A stretch of 64,000 nucleotides of DNA from the human T2T-CHM13v2.0 reference genome, Homo sapiens (GCF_009914755.1 NC_060932.1); one strand, 5' to 3'. Shown: positions 27,431-45,114, counted from the stretch's first letter. Numbers and translations: made by a program. Notes: generated by a model not told the origin, from the sequence alone.

Positions 27431-28538
27431 ATTTTTGGCTTGAAATAGAAAAGTTGAGCAACGGTGTCTTAAACCATAGCCATATTTAATTAAGTTATGT
27501 AATAAAAAGTCTGTAAGCAGGCAGTTTCAGAATTAGTTAAGTTTGCAGCAAAACAATATGTTGGCCCTGTCTGTTTGTCCCTGGTTCTCCTAACTTTCAC
27601 CTCAGGGTCACGAGGTGACCAGCATGGCTTCAAGTATCACATCTTTACATGACAAAATCCAAGAAAGGAAAGAATAGAGAACTTTTTTGGATTTTTGTCT
27701 TTTAATAGGGGAGGACAGTCTTTCTTATAAACTCACATTAGACTCCTCTTTACATTTTACTGGCAAAAACTGGGTCCCATGCCTACACCAATCACAGGCA
27801 AGGAGCCTAGGGTTACAGTGATTGGCTAAGATCATTTATGATACATCTCCTTAAGATAGGAGTGATTTTGCCTTTTATTTGTATAAAATCAATTTTCTCT
27901 TATCAAAGGAGAAAGAGGCAAACAATAGGGTCTCCCTCATCCACTAAAGTGCTCGTAGCTGCCATGTGATAAAGAATTTTCTTGCTTGCTATGGACATCC
28001 TTCTTCCATAATACTTTAACTCAGAAATTATTATATTTTTGTTTTAGAACAATTTGGATCACTGAGACAGAGATTTATAAATCAAGTCTCTTTCAACATT
28101 TTTCCTTTAAACTTTATTGAGAGTAGTTAGTATTGTCAATCCAGATTTCTTGACTGGCATTTTATTTGTTAAAAAAAATTTGCAACATTTTAAACATTCT
28201 TAAATTATTCAAACTTTTTAAACATCCACATTAAGACAGTAGTTTGAAGAAACATCTATTTTAGCCACCCTTCTGGAATCCCACAAAAATGGTAATAAAG
28301 GAACTTTTAAAATAAATAACCCCACAAAGAAGAGAGCAACAAAATATTGGAAACTAGAAAGTGAATGGATAAAAGGTAACTGATTAAGCAGTCTCAAGAC
28401 AGTGGATCCTTAAACTAAAAATAAGACAAACTGAGAAACAGCTGATTTATACCACACAATGCTCAAATGCATTATACACCTCGATATTAAGCATACCTGG
28501 GGAAGGCAGAGAGGTTGCAATATTTAAGAAGGATTGGG

Positions 28539-28695
28539 GGCCAGGTACAGTGGCTAACGCGCCTGTAATCCCACAACTTTGGGAGGCCAAGGCAGGCAGA
28601 TCACTTTGAGCTCAGGCTCAAGACCAGCCTGGGCAACATAGCAAACCCCGTCTCTACAGTGGTGGTTTGTGCCTGTAGCCCCAGCTACATGGGGG
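28539..28695 (+). mobile_element. Partial Alu
   Basis: Left arm, missing linker, start of right arm. Confidence 0.75.
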
Positions 28696-29311
28696 CCTAT
28701 GTGTACTGATTGCTAAATGCCAAGACTGCCCTCTCTAGCCCCATTCCTCAGCCCAGCTCCCAGCAGCCAGCAGTCAGAGCCTTGTCCTTCAGGGAGAAGA
28801 TTAGAAAGCTTCTCTGGGCAGCATGACCAGCCAAGATAAAAGATTTACAGATACTGACTTTGGGGGTTCCTTAGCAATCGGCCCACCCAGATCGCCATAG
28901 AGTCCGTTTTAAAGTCCATAAGCCTAATGCATACATTCAGAGTTTCTCATCAACTTTTTAGTCCCTTACTAGTACTCATGAGAGGATCACTAAGGATTAC
29001 AAAACAGCTGAGGAAAGCCTCTAATCCAACATGGAAAACAGAAGCACAGCAGTTTAAAAGCACATTGGCAGAAACAGAGACCAGGCATTTTTAAACACTG
29101 AAAAAAAAATTTTTCTCCTCAAAGAAAAGGGAAGATATTGTATCCAAGAGCCAAAAATAACATGCTGTTACAAAGTAATACAAACAAGACCTTGGAAATT
29201 AAAAGTATAATTAAAATGGGAGAGAAGGGAGCCATGAGGAAATCTCCAGACAGTAAGAGAAAAAGGAAAGAAGGAAGGAAGGAAGGAAGGGAGGGAAGGA
29301 GGGAGGGAGGG

Positions 29312-29711
29312 AGATGGTTTGGATGTTTTGTCCCCTTCAAATCTCAGGTTAAAATGTGATTCCCAATGTGGAGGTGGGTGCCTGGTGGGAGGTGTTAGGG
29401 TCGGGGGGCAAATACCTCATGAATGCTTGATAGTGTCCTCGCAGTAATGAGTTCTCTTTCTGTGAGTTCACACGAGATCTGGTTGTTTAAAAGAGCCTGA
29501 CGTTTCCTCCTCGAGCTCTTGCCATGTGATGCTCTTATTTCCCTTTCACCTTCTACCATGATTGGAAGCTTCCTGAAGCCCTCACCAGAAGCAGATGCTG
29601 ACATCACACTTTCTATACAGCCTGCTGCACCATAAGCCAAAATACAACTCTTTTCTTATAAATTATTCAGCCTCAGGTATTCCTGTATAGCAATGCAAAT
29701 TGACTAATACA
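29312..29711 (+). mobile_element. MaLR solo LTR (MST-like) within a GGAA/purine tract
   Basis: ATGGTTTGGATGTTTTGTCCCCTTCAAATCTCA...TGACTAATACA; purine runs on both flanks. Confidence 0.8.
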
Positions 29712-29819
29712 GGAAGGAAGGAAGGAGGGGAGGGAAGGGAAAGGAGAGGGGAGGAGAGGGGAGTGGGGAGGGGAGGGGAGTGGGGGAGGAAGGAAGGGAG
29801 GGAAATTAAAAAGAAGAGA

Positions 29820-30330
29820 AGAAAGATAAGAAAATCAGAAGACCAGTCCAGGAGGTCCAACATAAAAGTAATACAAATTTTAGAAAAAGAGAGCAACACA
29901 AATAAAGAGGAGGAATTTATCAAGGAAATGACTCAAGAAAATTTTCCCAAACCAAAAGAGAATATTTTCCATTTTGAAAGGGCCCACTGAAGGTCCAACA
30001 CAATAGGTGAAAGTAGAGTCACAGAAAGTTGCAGTATTATTAAATTTCAAAATACTGAAGACAATAAAGTTTTAGCTCTGAAATTTTAAGACTAGATGGA
30101 AAAAAGAAATTACAGGCCATCTACAAAAGATTAGGAATCAGAATGTACTAAAAGGTCTAACTAGAGCAATTAGACAAGAAAAGTAAACTTAAAAATTAGA
30201 ATGATTTTGATTTTCTCAAAAAAAGTTAGATGTCAGTGGAGAAATTCCTTTAAAATTTTGAAGAAAAAATATTTCCAAAGAATTGTATACGTTGCTCAAG
30301 TAGCAAGATAAAATAGATACTTTTTTATAT
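29820..30330 (+). mobile_element. Ancient L1M ORF1-region remnant
   Basis: Translates EDQSRRSNIK...IKEMTQENFP...FERAH, typical of L1 ORF1. Confidence 0.7.
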
Positions 30331-30505
30331 ATGGACTATCTCATAAAATTTGCCTCTCATTTCCTTTTTTATGACATCACAAAAGAATAAGCTTTTTCAA
30401 AACAAAAGAGTAAAGCAAAAAGAGAAATACTTGGGACAAAGGAAACAGGAGAAGGAAAGGGAATTCAGAGAAGAACCCAGGATAACTGCTGTGCTTGAAG
30501 CATAG

Positions 30506-30838
<333 letters not shown>

Positions 30839-31304
30839 ACCTTATTTTTTAAAAAGATAACAATAAGTTTGAGTGGTTCACCTTGGACCTATTAAATTAT
30901 ATTTTCCAGGGGCCTCAAATCTATGGTCTTCAAAGTCTTCCTTCATGGTTCTAACAATAGGTTGGGTTCTGGAGTCACAGAGTTTGGAGACTGTTTCAGC
31001 AATACAGATGAGAAATGATGGTTGTCCAATCAATACTATGTCAGTAAAAGTGGAAATAAATGAGGAGATTAAAAAGGTATTTATTTTACAGAAGTGGAAA
31101 GAAGTGCTCATTAACACATCCATTAAGTAAACACTAACTTATTATCTGGTATCAATAATGAAGAGTATGAATGAGCATAATATCTGGCTCTTACATGGCC
31201 TATATGAACTACGCTCTTTTAATGTCACACTTAGCAATCCAGGTTCAAGAACACAGAATGCTTGTCATTTGTTACACCTGCAATTCAGGATCGAGAATGC
31301 TTGT

Positions 31305-33038
<1,734 letters not shown>

Positions 33039-33874
33039 AGAATGCTTGTCATTTGTTACACCTGGGAAGGATCTGAGAAATTACCCACTTTTGCTTTACA
33101 GCTAAATAAAGGGACACTTATTTTTTTCTTCACCTTAAAGTAATAGAAGTCCGTTACTTAGAAATACAATTCTGAAACTTTGCTCCCTATAAAGTTACTG
33201 TGACTTCTCTACATTCAGGTAGTTTGTTTCTCATGTTTGAAAATAAGCATATATGCTGTATTCTGGGGAATACTCCAGTATTCCCAACCCTCTGGCACAC
33301 AGCTGACACTTAAGCAAAGTGACTTTTTTTCTTCCTACCAGCTTCTTATACGAGATACTGAACAAGCAGCAACTCAGAGAAGTCATCTGAGAGAGGCCTA
33401 GGCCTAATGGAAAGATGTGAACCGATTCATTGCAGAACAGTTATTTCCTTCGCAACCATATCATTAGTCAAGATAAGAAAACATGATGTAAACAGCAACA
33501 TCCAGGTTCTTGCTTGTCAAGAATTCCCAATACTCTCTCTTTGTTTGCTGGGATGCCCTGGCATCAGGATCAGAATAATCCAGCTCTGGAGATTACCTGG
33601 CTGTTTCTCAAGTCTAGTTTAAGGTTTCTTTTGAAATACTGATCCCATCTTTTTGGCAGACATTGCTAATAATGGAGGCTCATAGTACTACATCTTGGGA
33701 TGAAGTTTGAGACTTTTCCAGATTTCATATTTTAGTTCCAACTCCAACATGCAGATGAGTTACTACCTACAGAGATAAGCAAAATCAGGGTGGCCTTCTT
33801 GAACCAGCCTCTATAGCTGGAAGAGGTCACCACACAAACTGGGAATGGAATTGGATAATGAGGAGGACCTAGCT

Positions 33875-34476
33875 TCATGGGTTGAATAATGGCCTTCTTA
33901 AAAACAGATCTACAGGGAACATCAGAATGTGACCTTACTTGGAATAAGGGTCTTTGCAGATGTAAGAAGTTCGGGATCTTGAGACAGGAACATCCCGGAT
34001 TTGGAGTGGGCCCTAAATCCAATGACTGGTATCCTTATGAGAGAAAGGAAAGGGAGATTTTTTTTATTTTAATTTTATCTTTTTCTTTTTCAACTTTTAT
34101 TTTAGATTCAGGGGGTACATGTGCAGACTGGTTACCTGGGTACATTGCATGATGCTGAGGTTTAGGGTACAAATGATACCATCGGCCAGTTATTGAGCAT
34201 AGGACCCAGTAGTTAGTTTTTTGACCCTTGCCCTTCTCCCCACTCCCTTATCTGATAGTCCCCAGTGTCAATTGTTGCCATCTTTCTGTCCACAAGTACC
34301 CTAAGTTCAGCTCCCATTTATAAGTGAGAACATATGGTATTTGGTTTTCTGTTCTTGTGTTAATTTGCTTAGGATGATTTTGGACTTCTGACCTCCTGCA
34401 AGAGAACAAATTTCTGTTATTTTAAGCCAATTGAATTTGTGATAATTTGTCATGGCAGCTCTGGGATATGAATACA
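33875..34476 (+). mobile_element. MLT1-type LTR with an antisense L1 3' fragment (~34060-34378) inside
   Basis: GAATGTGACCTTACTTGGAATAAGGGTCTTTGCAGATGTAA; resumes at GGACTTCTGACCTCC. Confidence 0.72.
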
Positions 34477-34504
34477 ACCTCACAAAGCTATTTAAACATG
34501 TTCC

Positions 34505-34851
<347 letters not shown>

Positions 34852-35088
34852 CTAGTGTCTGCTTTGCAAATTTCATGATACAAACAAGAGATAACCCTTG
34901 TTTATCTTGTTCCAAGATAACCTTGGAAGCCCTATATGTACAATAACAAAGCGATTACTTCTCAACTTCAAAGTATGTCACACACAACTCATTAATCTTC
35001 ACAGCACACCTGTGTCAAATAGTTAAGTACCATTGGCCTCAATTCAGAGAGTATAGCAAATAAGTCCTTGCCTGAAGTCATCAAAGGA

Positions 35089-35381
<293 letters not shown>

Positions 35382-35699
35382 GGAATTATTGATAAATGGC
35401 TTCAAAATAGACTCTTCTTAAAGGAAACATATCAGGAAGATGAATTACTGGTGGTCCCGAGTAGAACAAAAGGAATTGTCAAGCAGAAAATTTACTACAC
35501 AAATATTTTGTAAGGGCTCATTTCCAAAATAATATAAAATATAAAAACTATAATGAAATTCATGTTGCAACTTTCCTTGAAGTCTTGAAATTTTATAACC
35601 CCTCTCTTGCTACCAGCAGCCAATTTCTTGTTATCTTGCTGTGGAACAAAAGTTTCCCTGAGAAACTGTATTGACCTATTAGACTTGCCGACGTACTGT

Positions 35700-36250
35700 C
35701 CCACACAGTCTTAGAATAGGCATGTCTCAGCCATGACTTACATGAAAGATGTAGGAAGTTTAAGTGTGTAGTGGTGCCAAAACAGTGAACAAAACTACAA
35801 TATTTTAAAAAAGGGAAACGATAGATCCGCCCTGCTCTGCCATAGTCAGACCACATTCAGAAAGACTACATTGTTTACAGCATAAAAATTTAAGACATCT
35901 TTACATTAAAAAGGGCCTGGCAAGGTGTAGAGGGATCAAGGTTTTCAAAAGCGGCAACTTTGGACTACTAGGGGGTTTTAATCTGGAGAAGGCACAGAGC
36001 CACAAAATGGTTATCATCAAGTATCTAAAAGGATATCATGTGAAAGACGATTAGACTTACCAATAGACAGAAATTACATTGCAGCTTCATATCATTAGGA
36101 AAAGCTTTTGGAAAGCAAAGCTGTCTAAAGATAGGACCAGCATCTTTAGCAAGTAGTGATTCCCCCATCCCTGGGAGTATACAAACATAGATGAGCAAGT
36201 TACTTTGTGGGGCTGCTGTAAACATTTAAGATTTCTTCTAAATCTAATGT
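35700..36250 (+). mobile_element. Ancient CR1/L3-like LINE remnant
   Basis: CTGCTCTGCCATAGTCAGACCACATT and GTAGTGATTCCCCCATCCCTGGGAGTAT resemble the L3 3' region. Confidence 0.5.
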
Positions 36251-36548
36251 CAGTCAAATTGTTGGTTCTTCTCACTTGTAATTTAAATATCTTCCAGGTC
36301 TCCAGAATCTGAAGCTCTGCTCCTGAGTTTATAAAATGTGGATGACGTCTATGAAACTAAGCTCGGGAAGTATTTTGTCACATATTGTGTTGAAAGCTCA
36401 TAGGAAGAGGAAAGTTGGGCAGTTGTCTAAGTATAGCGGAGGTTTATGTGAAGGGAATGTTGAACCATGAGGCTCACATAAGGCAACTGTCTTAAGAATA
36501 AATAAGTAGTATGCTATAAATAGATTATCTACCATGCTAAATTAAATA

Positions 36549-37008
36549 TGTTATTGGCTTCTCCAAATAAACAGACCCATGGATGTGTATATGGAGAAAG
36601 AGAGAGAGGGACAGAGAGAGAGAGAGTGTGAGAGAATTTATTTTTAAGAAATTGGCTTGGCTCACGGAATCATGGAGGCTGGAGGCTGGCAAGTCCAAAA
36701 TCTGTAGTGTGGCCTGGTGGCCTGACAGGCTAGAGACCCATGGAAGAGCTGATGTCGCAATTCAAGTCTGAAGACCATCTGCTGACAGAATTGCCTCTTG
36801 GGGAAGTCAGTCTTTGTTCTAGCAAGCACTTCAACTTATTGGATGAGGCCCACTCACAATAGGAAGGCAACGTGCTTTACTCGAAATCCAACTATTTAAA
36901 TGTTAATCTCATCCAAAAAACACCCTTGCAGAAACATCCAGAATAATGTGTGATCAAATGTCTGGGCCCCACGACCCAGCCAAGTTGACACATAAGATTA
37001 ACCATCAT
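36549..37008 (-). mobile_element. MLT2 (ERVL) LTR
   Basis: TTCTCCAAATAAACAGACC...GAATTGGCT...CCCAGCCAAGTTGACACATAAGATTAACCATCA. Confidence 0.8.
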
Positions 37009-37365
37009 ACCAGGGGATAGTTCCTCAAACTTGACAAGTCCTTCAACATCTGTGGATGCCACCTCTGAGGGATAAAGGGAGGCAGAGAACAGAGCTGGCT
37101 AACAAAGGTCACTGGACATCTTCCCACATTCCCACTTTCTGAAGACATCTCTAAACCAGATCTTTTAAAATTCTAAGCTATGCAGATGAATTTTTAAAAT
37201 TGAATAATACTGGATGAGTGTGACTCCTGGGATGCTATCCACTCAACCATCTACTACACAAAGTTTATACACAACTACATCATTCCCAGTAGGTCACACT
37301 TATTAATAAATCAAGTGAAGACACAGTAATGCTGTTCTTCTAAGACATGTCCACATTTTTCTTAA

Positions 37366-37694
<329 letters not shown>

Positions 37695-37734
37695 CCATGC
37701 TTCTAAAATAGTTATTAGCTTGAAAAAAAATGGA

Positions 37735-38090
<356 letters not shown>

Positions 38091-38181
38091 TCAGCATCTT
38101 CCCCGGCCCCGCCCACCTCACACAAAAAGGACTCAGTAAGATGAAGAGAAGGAATGCTTTTAAAATTTTTAGTCATTCACT

Positions 38182-38187
38182 TTTATT
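38182..38187 (-). terminator. Likely SLC7A13 polyadenylation signal AATAAA
   Basis: First minus-strand AATAAA seen, ~330 nt past the stop codon. Confidence 0.6.
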
Positions 38188-38515
38188 ATAGGATCCCCAC
38201 AAATTCAGTAGAAAAGGGGTGGGATACAGAAAAAAAAAGTGAGAGAATGGAAGTTGTATAATCACTCTATCAAGCTACGCAAACCAGGACTTAAGTTTTT
38301 TACCATGCGAAGCAGAGCTTTTAGCAATTTCTTAGTGACTCTGAAGCCAGGTACTGTCTTAGGCACTTTTGTATACATTACTTATTTCATTTGAGAAAAA
38401 AATATTTACCATAGGAATTTCACCATGAATGTTCTATCATATGTTTAACCTTGATTTGGAATCTGATATATGTTTTTTAGAAGGCCAATTTTTTAAGAGT
38501 TTGCACTTCCGACAT

Positions 38516-38749
38516 CTATTCCTCAGACACATCAGGGAGGCAAATATTAAATAGTAATTGTAAATAGCAAGTCGTCTTCTCAAACCAAGCCAATCTTATT
38601 TTAAAATGTATTAAAGGTATGTAAAATAGTAATCCGCTGAGAACTAACAGAAGCACGTAGACATAATGCACATTTGGAGACTTTACCAATGGTATCACAA
38701 CCAAGCCCACGTCGATGACTATTGTTGCTAATGGAAATGACAAAAACAC
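38516..38749 (-). CDS. SLC7A13: SLC7A13 coding exon 4 (C-terminus and TAG stop)
   Basis: VFLSFPLATIV...CLPDVSEE*; acceptor CTTTTCAG|GTG; 234 nt; the four exons total 1413 nt = 470 aa + stop. Confidence 0.96.
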   Translation of the reverse strand: MFLSFPLATIVIDVGLVVIPLVKSPNVHYVYVLLLVLSGLLFYIPLIHFKIRLAWFEKTTCYLQLLFNICLPDVSEE

Positions 38750-39508
38750 CTGAAAAGAGCAAAGTTTGAAAAAATATTGGATATGAACATCCATGAATGA
38801 TACCTGCATATTCATATAAATAAAAATGCAAAGATACAAGCTAATTAAAGAAAACAGGCTAAATTAGCTGTAAAGTTGAATAAATCTGTCTTAGAAGTCA
38901 GATAAATGCCTGAGTGAAAGGAGATGTTGAAGACTGTCATTGTCAGGTTGGAGGGAATGGGCATCTAGCATTTGACTGCTCATGAATGGAAATAACTAGA
39001 ACCATTTGCTGGTAAGATCACTATCTGCTGATCTGGGTACCATGAATCTGTTAAGAGGGAGTTTCTAAGGCCCAATGGAAGTAACAACAATCTTCTCTGG
39101 AAAATATCTCAAGGCAGTAAGAAATTCATGACAAAACAGAAAGACTATCCTCAGACTGTCTGTTACACAGGTAAATACTGACAGGTAAATGTTGTAACTT
39201 TATAGGCTCAGCATATTAAAAAAAAAATCAAGACAAAAATTTTAGCTAAAACAATTTTCCCTGTTTTATGTTTTGTTTTTGCTTTGCCAAAAGCCTTAAA
39301 GACCAGTCCCTGGTACCTGCTTTGTGTTAGAATTGTAAGAGTTCTCTACAACATTACCCAATCTAGGGAGAAAATCGATATAAGATATAACTGATATGAA
39401 TCTATATTCCCCAAAGATATATATTACACAGCTAGTCATAATTTATGAAACAAAACCCTTTAATTAGAGGATCATTTGTTGGGATTTAATCATTAAGAAT
39501 ATCTTCTT

Positions 39509-39827
<319 letters not shown>

Positions 39828-41572
39828 TTAGCTTATAAAGCGTCCCAGAAAAAGATACTTTATCATCTCATGGCTCAGTATCAGTTATCAAATAACTGAG
39901 AGAAAAGAAAAGAGCACTCCTGGGGGCATACAAGACAAATTTCAGCCACTTGTACTTAAGGCTACCCTTGCCTTCCTTTCTGATGCAAATGTAAGTTGAA
40001 TAATAATATAAGCAATAATAGCCATCAATGTCAGACCCTGGATTGTTTGCATGCCTTAGCTTACTTAATACCTCCAACGTTAATATGAGGTAGGTATTAT
40101 TTTTTCCCATTTTAGATCGGAAGAAACTGAGGTTCAGAGGTTCAATAACAAGACTAAACTCAGCTACTAGCCAAGCAACTGGACTTGAGCCCAAAACTCT
40201 TAATGATTATCTTATACTGTTATTTGTATATAACAAATTTATCCTCCAGTTCATAACTTCTTTATAATTGTATCTATTAGGGTCAGTGATCTAACAAAAT
40301 GTGGATCAGAAAACAGCAAAAGACATGTTAAAAAGATGCAGCATGTGAAACTATACAGAAAGCAGATGTTAGGCAGGCACCTCCAAGGGGGACTGTGGCC
40401 ATCAGCCCTGCTCTAGATTAGATCTCTCTCCCTATGTGCTCTCTGAGCATCCTCTGCAGACCACTAGGTAGCAATCGTCACACCGTGATTTTTGGTTTAC
40501 ATGACTGTCCAGATAGATTATAACCTGCCTAAAAGCAGGAGCCAAGTCTTAATTCTTTTTCTACTGAAAGTACCTAGCAAGGTGCTTAAAATATAGTTGC
40601 TTCTTGACAACTAATACTCAAACACACAACAATTAAGAGATGACTGGTTGGAAGAAGTTGGAAAGAAGACTGGAAAGGAAGGACATAAATCAACCATAGT
40701 TGGTGATGAGAACATTGCTTTCTTTCTCTCAGCAGTTCTTTCTTATATTTTGTATTTAGCAAGATTTAAACACTCCAAAGAGACTGCCTAGATTTGAATC
40801 TTGGCTCTAATCCATGCTGTGTGAGCTTGAGCAAGTGACCTAACTTTTCTAAATCTGTTTTCTTATCTGTAAAATGGAAATAACAATTGAATCCACCTTT
40901 TTATTACTAAGAGGATTAAAGGTGATCATCCAAGCAAAGCTTTGAACATCCTACCTAGGCAACTAAGATTATTTTATTATTCTGATAATCAGACCGTCAG
41001 GGCCATCTTTCTCCAATAACGTTCTTATGCTACCAAGTTTTGCTGCTTATTTCCTTTTCTACAATTAAGTGGTTGTCTCCTCTCCTGTGAAAAGTTTTTT
41101 CATCCAGACTGAAAGTCAGTTTAAAATAAGTAAAGTTGAAAAGATGTAATTTGCCAACAAAGTAAGCTGATGTTTCAGAACAGTAGATGTTATCACTTGT
41201 GACCTCACCTTGCCTCTTCTGTTTCCCATCTGCTAAATCTGGCCCTGACTGTGGAAGACATTCATATGCATGACTAGTTACATAAGTAGACAAAATAATA
41301 TCTGGTCAAAAGACTCATAATGATCTGTCCAACCACCCAGAGAACTATTTTTCTCTCTAATAAACCGTTAAATGGAATCTAAGAGATTTTTATATTGAAT
41401 AACCTAGCCAATAAAAACGAAAATTAAAACCAAGACTAGATTATTCTCATGTGTTTCACAGTAACTGAGTATTCAGAAGATCTACTTATAGATGCTCTGA
41501 TTATAATCTTAAATACAGTTATACTCAATATCTGTTATTTCACACAGAAAAGAATTAGAAATCCAATTTTAC

Positions 41573-41934
41573 CTTATAAGGTATAGATAGATTGGGTTCC
41601 TGGTATCTCCGCCTTAGTATTCCTATCATTAATAATATAGACCATAATGAACCCGTGAAAAAAATATAGTTTATCAAATCAATTAGACTTGTTAAGATAA
41701 TTGCAAGGGATCCCAAAGTGACAAGTAGTAGCACAGCTGTAAATGGAGAAGAGTGACTATTAAGTGTATTAAATAGCAAAGGCAGCTGGCCCTCTTGGCT
41801 TGCAAGATATATTGGTCTCGAAGATTTAAATATAGAAATCAGAAGGTTGCTAAATAATGAGGTAGAAATAGCAAAAGGCATAATCCATGCTAATGAGGGA
41901 AAAGCTCGATCAGCCCATGTGATAGCTACAGCAT
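41573..41934 (-). CDS. SLC7A13: SLC7A13 coding exon 3
   Basis: (D)AVAITWADRAFP...SSRPIYLASQEGQLP...IPYK; acceptor TTTCTGCAG|AT, donor AAG|GTAAAA; 362 nt, phase 1-0. Confidence 0.96.
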
Positions 41935-42519
41935 CTGCAGAAAAACAAAAATACACAAAAGAAAATGTGTTAAAAGAGAAATACTAATGATAAACCTTTT
42001 AATATTATTTCAAAATGAAAACAGAAACTTAAGTAATTAATAACATTTAGTTTGCTTAATTTTATCATTTATTTCCTTAGTTACACCTACATAACACCTT
42101 ATAAAGGTGTCTATTTGACTCCATCACACTGTATTGTAAATGGTTATCATTTTATATGTCTTCCCCAATAGACCAAGAATGTTTTTGAGGGCAAGGATAA
42201 TCCATTTATTTTCTATAAAACTAGTGGATCACTCTGTGACAGACATCCAGTAGGCTTTCAATAAACACTTGTGAAATAAATTGATTTTGTTGAATGGATG
42301 ATTGAATCCAAGCTTATTTTCTAAAACTAGTTTATAGAGTCCTGATAGTTACATTCAGAGTCCAAAAAGCACAGTGCAACACTACTGACACCAGAATGAG
42401 ACTTTCCCACATCATGGTGCAATTTGAAATACTTAACAGAAAAAGGAACCATGTAGATGAAGAAAATAAGTTACACACCATTAAAAATATGTATGACATT
42501 CGGGACTTTTCTATAGACC

Positions 42520-42740
42520 AGTAATTCTCAATTGGAGTTAAATTTACTCCTCAGGGTCACTTGGCAATATCTGGAGACTTTTTTGGCTGTTACAACCGGG
42601 GAGGTAGGAGGTTGCTGCTGGTGTCTAGTGAGTAGAGGCCAAGGATGTTGCTAAACATCCTATAATGTACAGGACAATTCTCTACAACAAAAAATTATAT
42701 AGTATAAAATGTTCATGGTACTAAGATTAAGAAACTAACC
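42520..42740 (+). mobile_element. MER20-like hAT-Charlie element
   Basis: CAGTAATTCTCAA...TTGGCAATATCTGGAGACTTTTTTGGCTGTTACAAC...GGATGTTGCTAAACATCCTA. Confidence 0.78.
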
Positions 42741-44828
42741 ATTAGAGAATATTCTACTTTTTTTTTTTTTTGCTTAAAGATAAAAGATCTTATGAGTACT
42801 AATTTAATAAAAGTCCACAGGAACAAAACACAACTGTGAAGAAAAGCATCCATTGTTTGTGAGAACCCACTTGATTCAGTTCATATTATGTGGATATATG
42901 CTAGGACAGATCACTCAGTCAGAGAGAAACAAATTATCAGTTTTTCAATGGAATGAGCACAATGGGGCCTGAAGTCCCTGGGGGTAGATGTCCTTGGAGC
43001 CTATGTTCTTGTGCCAAGGTTTGTTTCCAGGGGTACTTTTGGGACATCAACATACTGGCTTATAACACAAGGTAGGACTTCCCAAATGCGACAAAATTAA
43101 AATATCATTAATAGCTCTTGTTCTTAAAGATATTTATTTTTTGTAACCCTTTTTAAATAACCTCAACTGCCATTTTACTTTTTTCCTTAGCCTTAGTGCT
43201 ATTCTACAACTTTGGATCTTTCTTAAAAATATCTTGTCTCATTTATTGTTCTTCTCAGGAAGATATTGTTGGTTGTTTCTCCTGGACACCCATACCTCCA
43301 CAAATTTCACATCTTCAGTCACATTTCCAAAATATTTCTTTCCAGTAAGGCAAAGGAAATTCCCCTTCAATTTCCCAGTGTGCATTCTACAAATGTGGTT
43401 AGTTATAACTTGAGGAGGATCAGGTGCAGCTCTGTCAGTGCTGGCTGGCAAAAACTATACATCTTTCTACATCATCTTTAGCTCTATGCCACAAGGGATG
43501 TTTTTTCTTTGTGACTCTGTCCACATGTTGTTTCTTTTCTTTTAAAAATGATTTCATATATGTTTTAGGTGAAAAGTAAAATAAATGGCACTGAAGAACA
43601 TGAAGTGAAAAGTAAATGTCCCTCTCCTCACCAGCCTCCCATTCATGCGGAGCAATGTAACTACCATTAACAGCTGTTTGGATCCTCTTCTAGAAATTTT
43701 GTATGAATGTATAAACATCTATTAGGGTTGTATATGAGTCTGCATGTATTTGTATGCTCACTTAGGCTTGCTTTTTCATGTTCATCTTGCTCTTATTGGT
43801 ACATTTGCATGCATCTAATTCTTCTAGCAAGTTCTCAGTATTCCATTATATAACTGTCATTGCGTTTATCTACCCATTTCATACTGTTTTATTTGTAGCT
43901 TATTTTCAATTTCTTGCTAATATAAAAGGGGCTTTAATGAAAACACTCATTCCTCCCATTCTTGATAGTTGTTCAAGTCTCCTTAGAGTAAATTCTTAGA
44001 AGTGGGCCTTGTGAGTCCAAAAGTATATACATTTTAAAATAAGGATGATATTACAAAATTGCCCTCCAAAAATAATTGCATCAATTTACCAATAAGCGAT
44101 TCTAAAATTCTCACTTTCTCTTCAAAATTCTTTTATTATTAATTAATTTATTTATTTATTGTCTATCATTGGCTATCTTATCAAAATTTTTAACAACATC
44201 TGGGTACTTGGGACCAGCTACTTTTAGGCTGCATCTGGACAGGGAAACCTCAGCTTCTGCTTCCATAAAATGTATTTACGGTTTTAGATTATCTGATCCT
44301 ATGCCAATTTTCTCTAGTTTTAAATATGGCATGGAACTCTCAAGAAAATCAAATGTGAGCACCCCTGTCAGCAGTGTGTGGCAGGCCTTTAGGAACAATG
44401 AAATCCTCAGTTTTCAAAGCTGGGACAGGGCTCCTCACTAAGGCATTTCCATACACCTTTTTCTAGAAGAACACCCTTCCCTTCTCAGTTGTGAAACTTA
44501 TTCATAATAAAGGCTATTTTATTTCCTAAGAGAAAAATAGGTGAAGAAACAAGTCAGAGCTCTGACACGGACACAGACAAAAACATTACATGATTAATAC
44601 CATTCTTTCTTTTTCTATCTAAACCACAAATATTAGAATCTAATATTTATCGCAGCCTGGTGTAATTCTTTCAATGTTCCTTAAATAAAATGTAGTATCC
44701 AATTCCTGCCACATCATGGATGCTCTATATTCATATGGAAACTTTTCATATTTTTTACATATACTTGTTTGATTGAAAAAAATGCATCCCTTAATCGTTA
44801 AAATTCCTTAATTTAAGAAACTATATTT

Positions 44829-45114
44829 GGGCCTAGTGGCTCACGTCTGTAACCCCAGCACTTTGAGAGGCCAAGAGGGAGAATCACTTGAGGTCAGACC
44901 AGCCTGGCCAACATGACAAAACCCTATCTCTACTAAAAATACAAAAATTAGCCAGGTGTGGTGACCCATGCCTGTAATCCCAGCTACTCAAAAGGCTGAG
45001 GCACAAGAAGTGCTTGAACCTGGGAAGTGGAGGTTGCAGTGAGCAAGATTGTGCCACTGCACTCCAGCCTAGGCAACAGAGCAAGACTCTGTTTCAAAAA
45101 AAAAAAAAAAAAAA
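44829..45114 (+). mobile_element. AluS (intron 2)
   Basis: Alu dimer with A tail. Confidence 0.9.

Noticed and set aside
29262-29312. GGAA microsatellite as an EWS-FLI1 enhancer
   Set aside because: Only about five consecutive GGAA units; no evidence from sequence alone
38750-38839. ORF N-terminal extension MYLCIFIYMN...
   Set aside because: Intron 3 sequence upstream of the exon-4 acceptor
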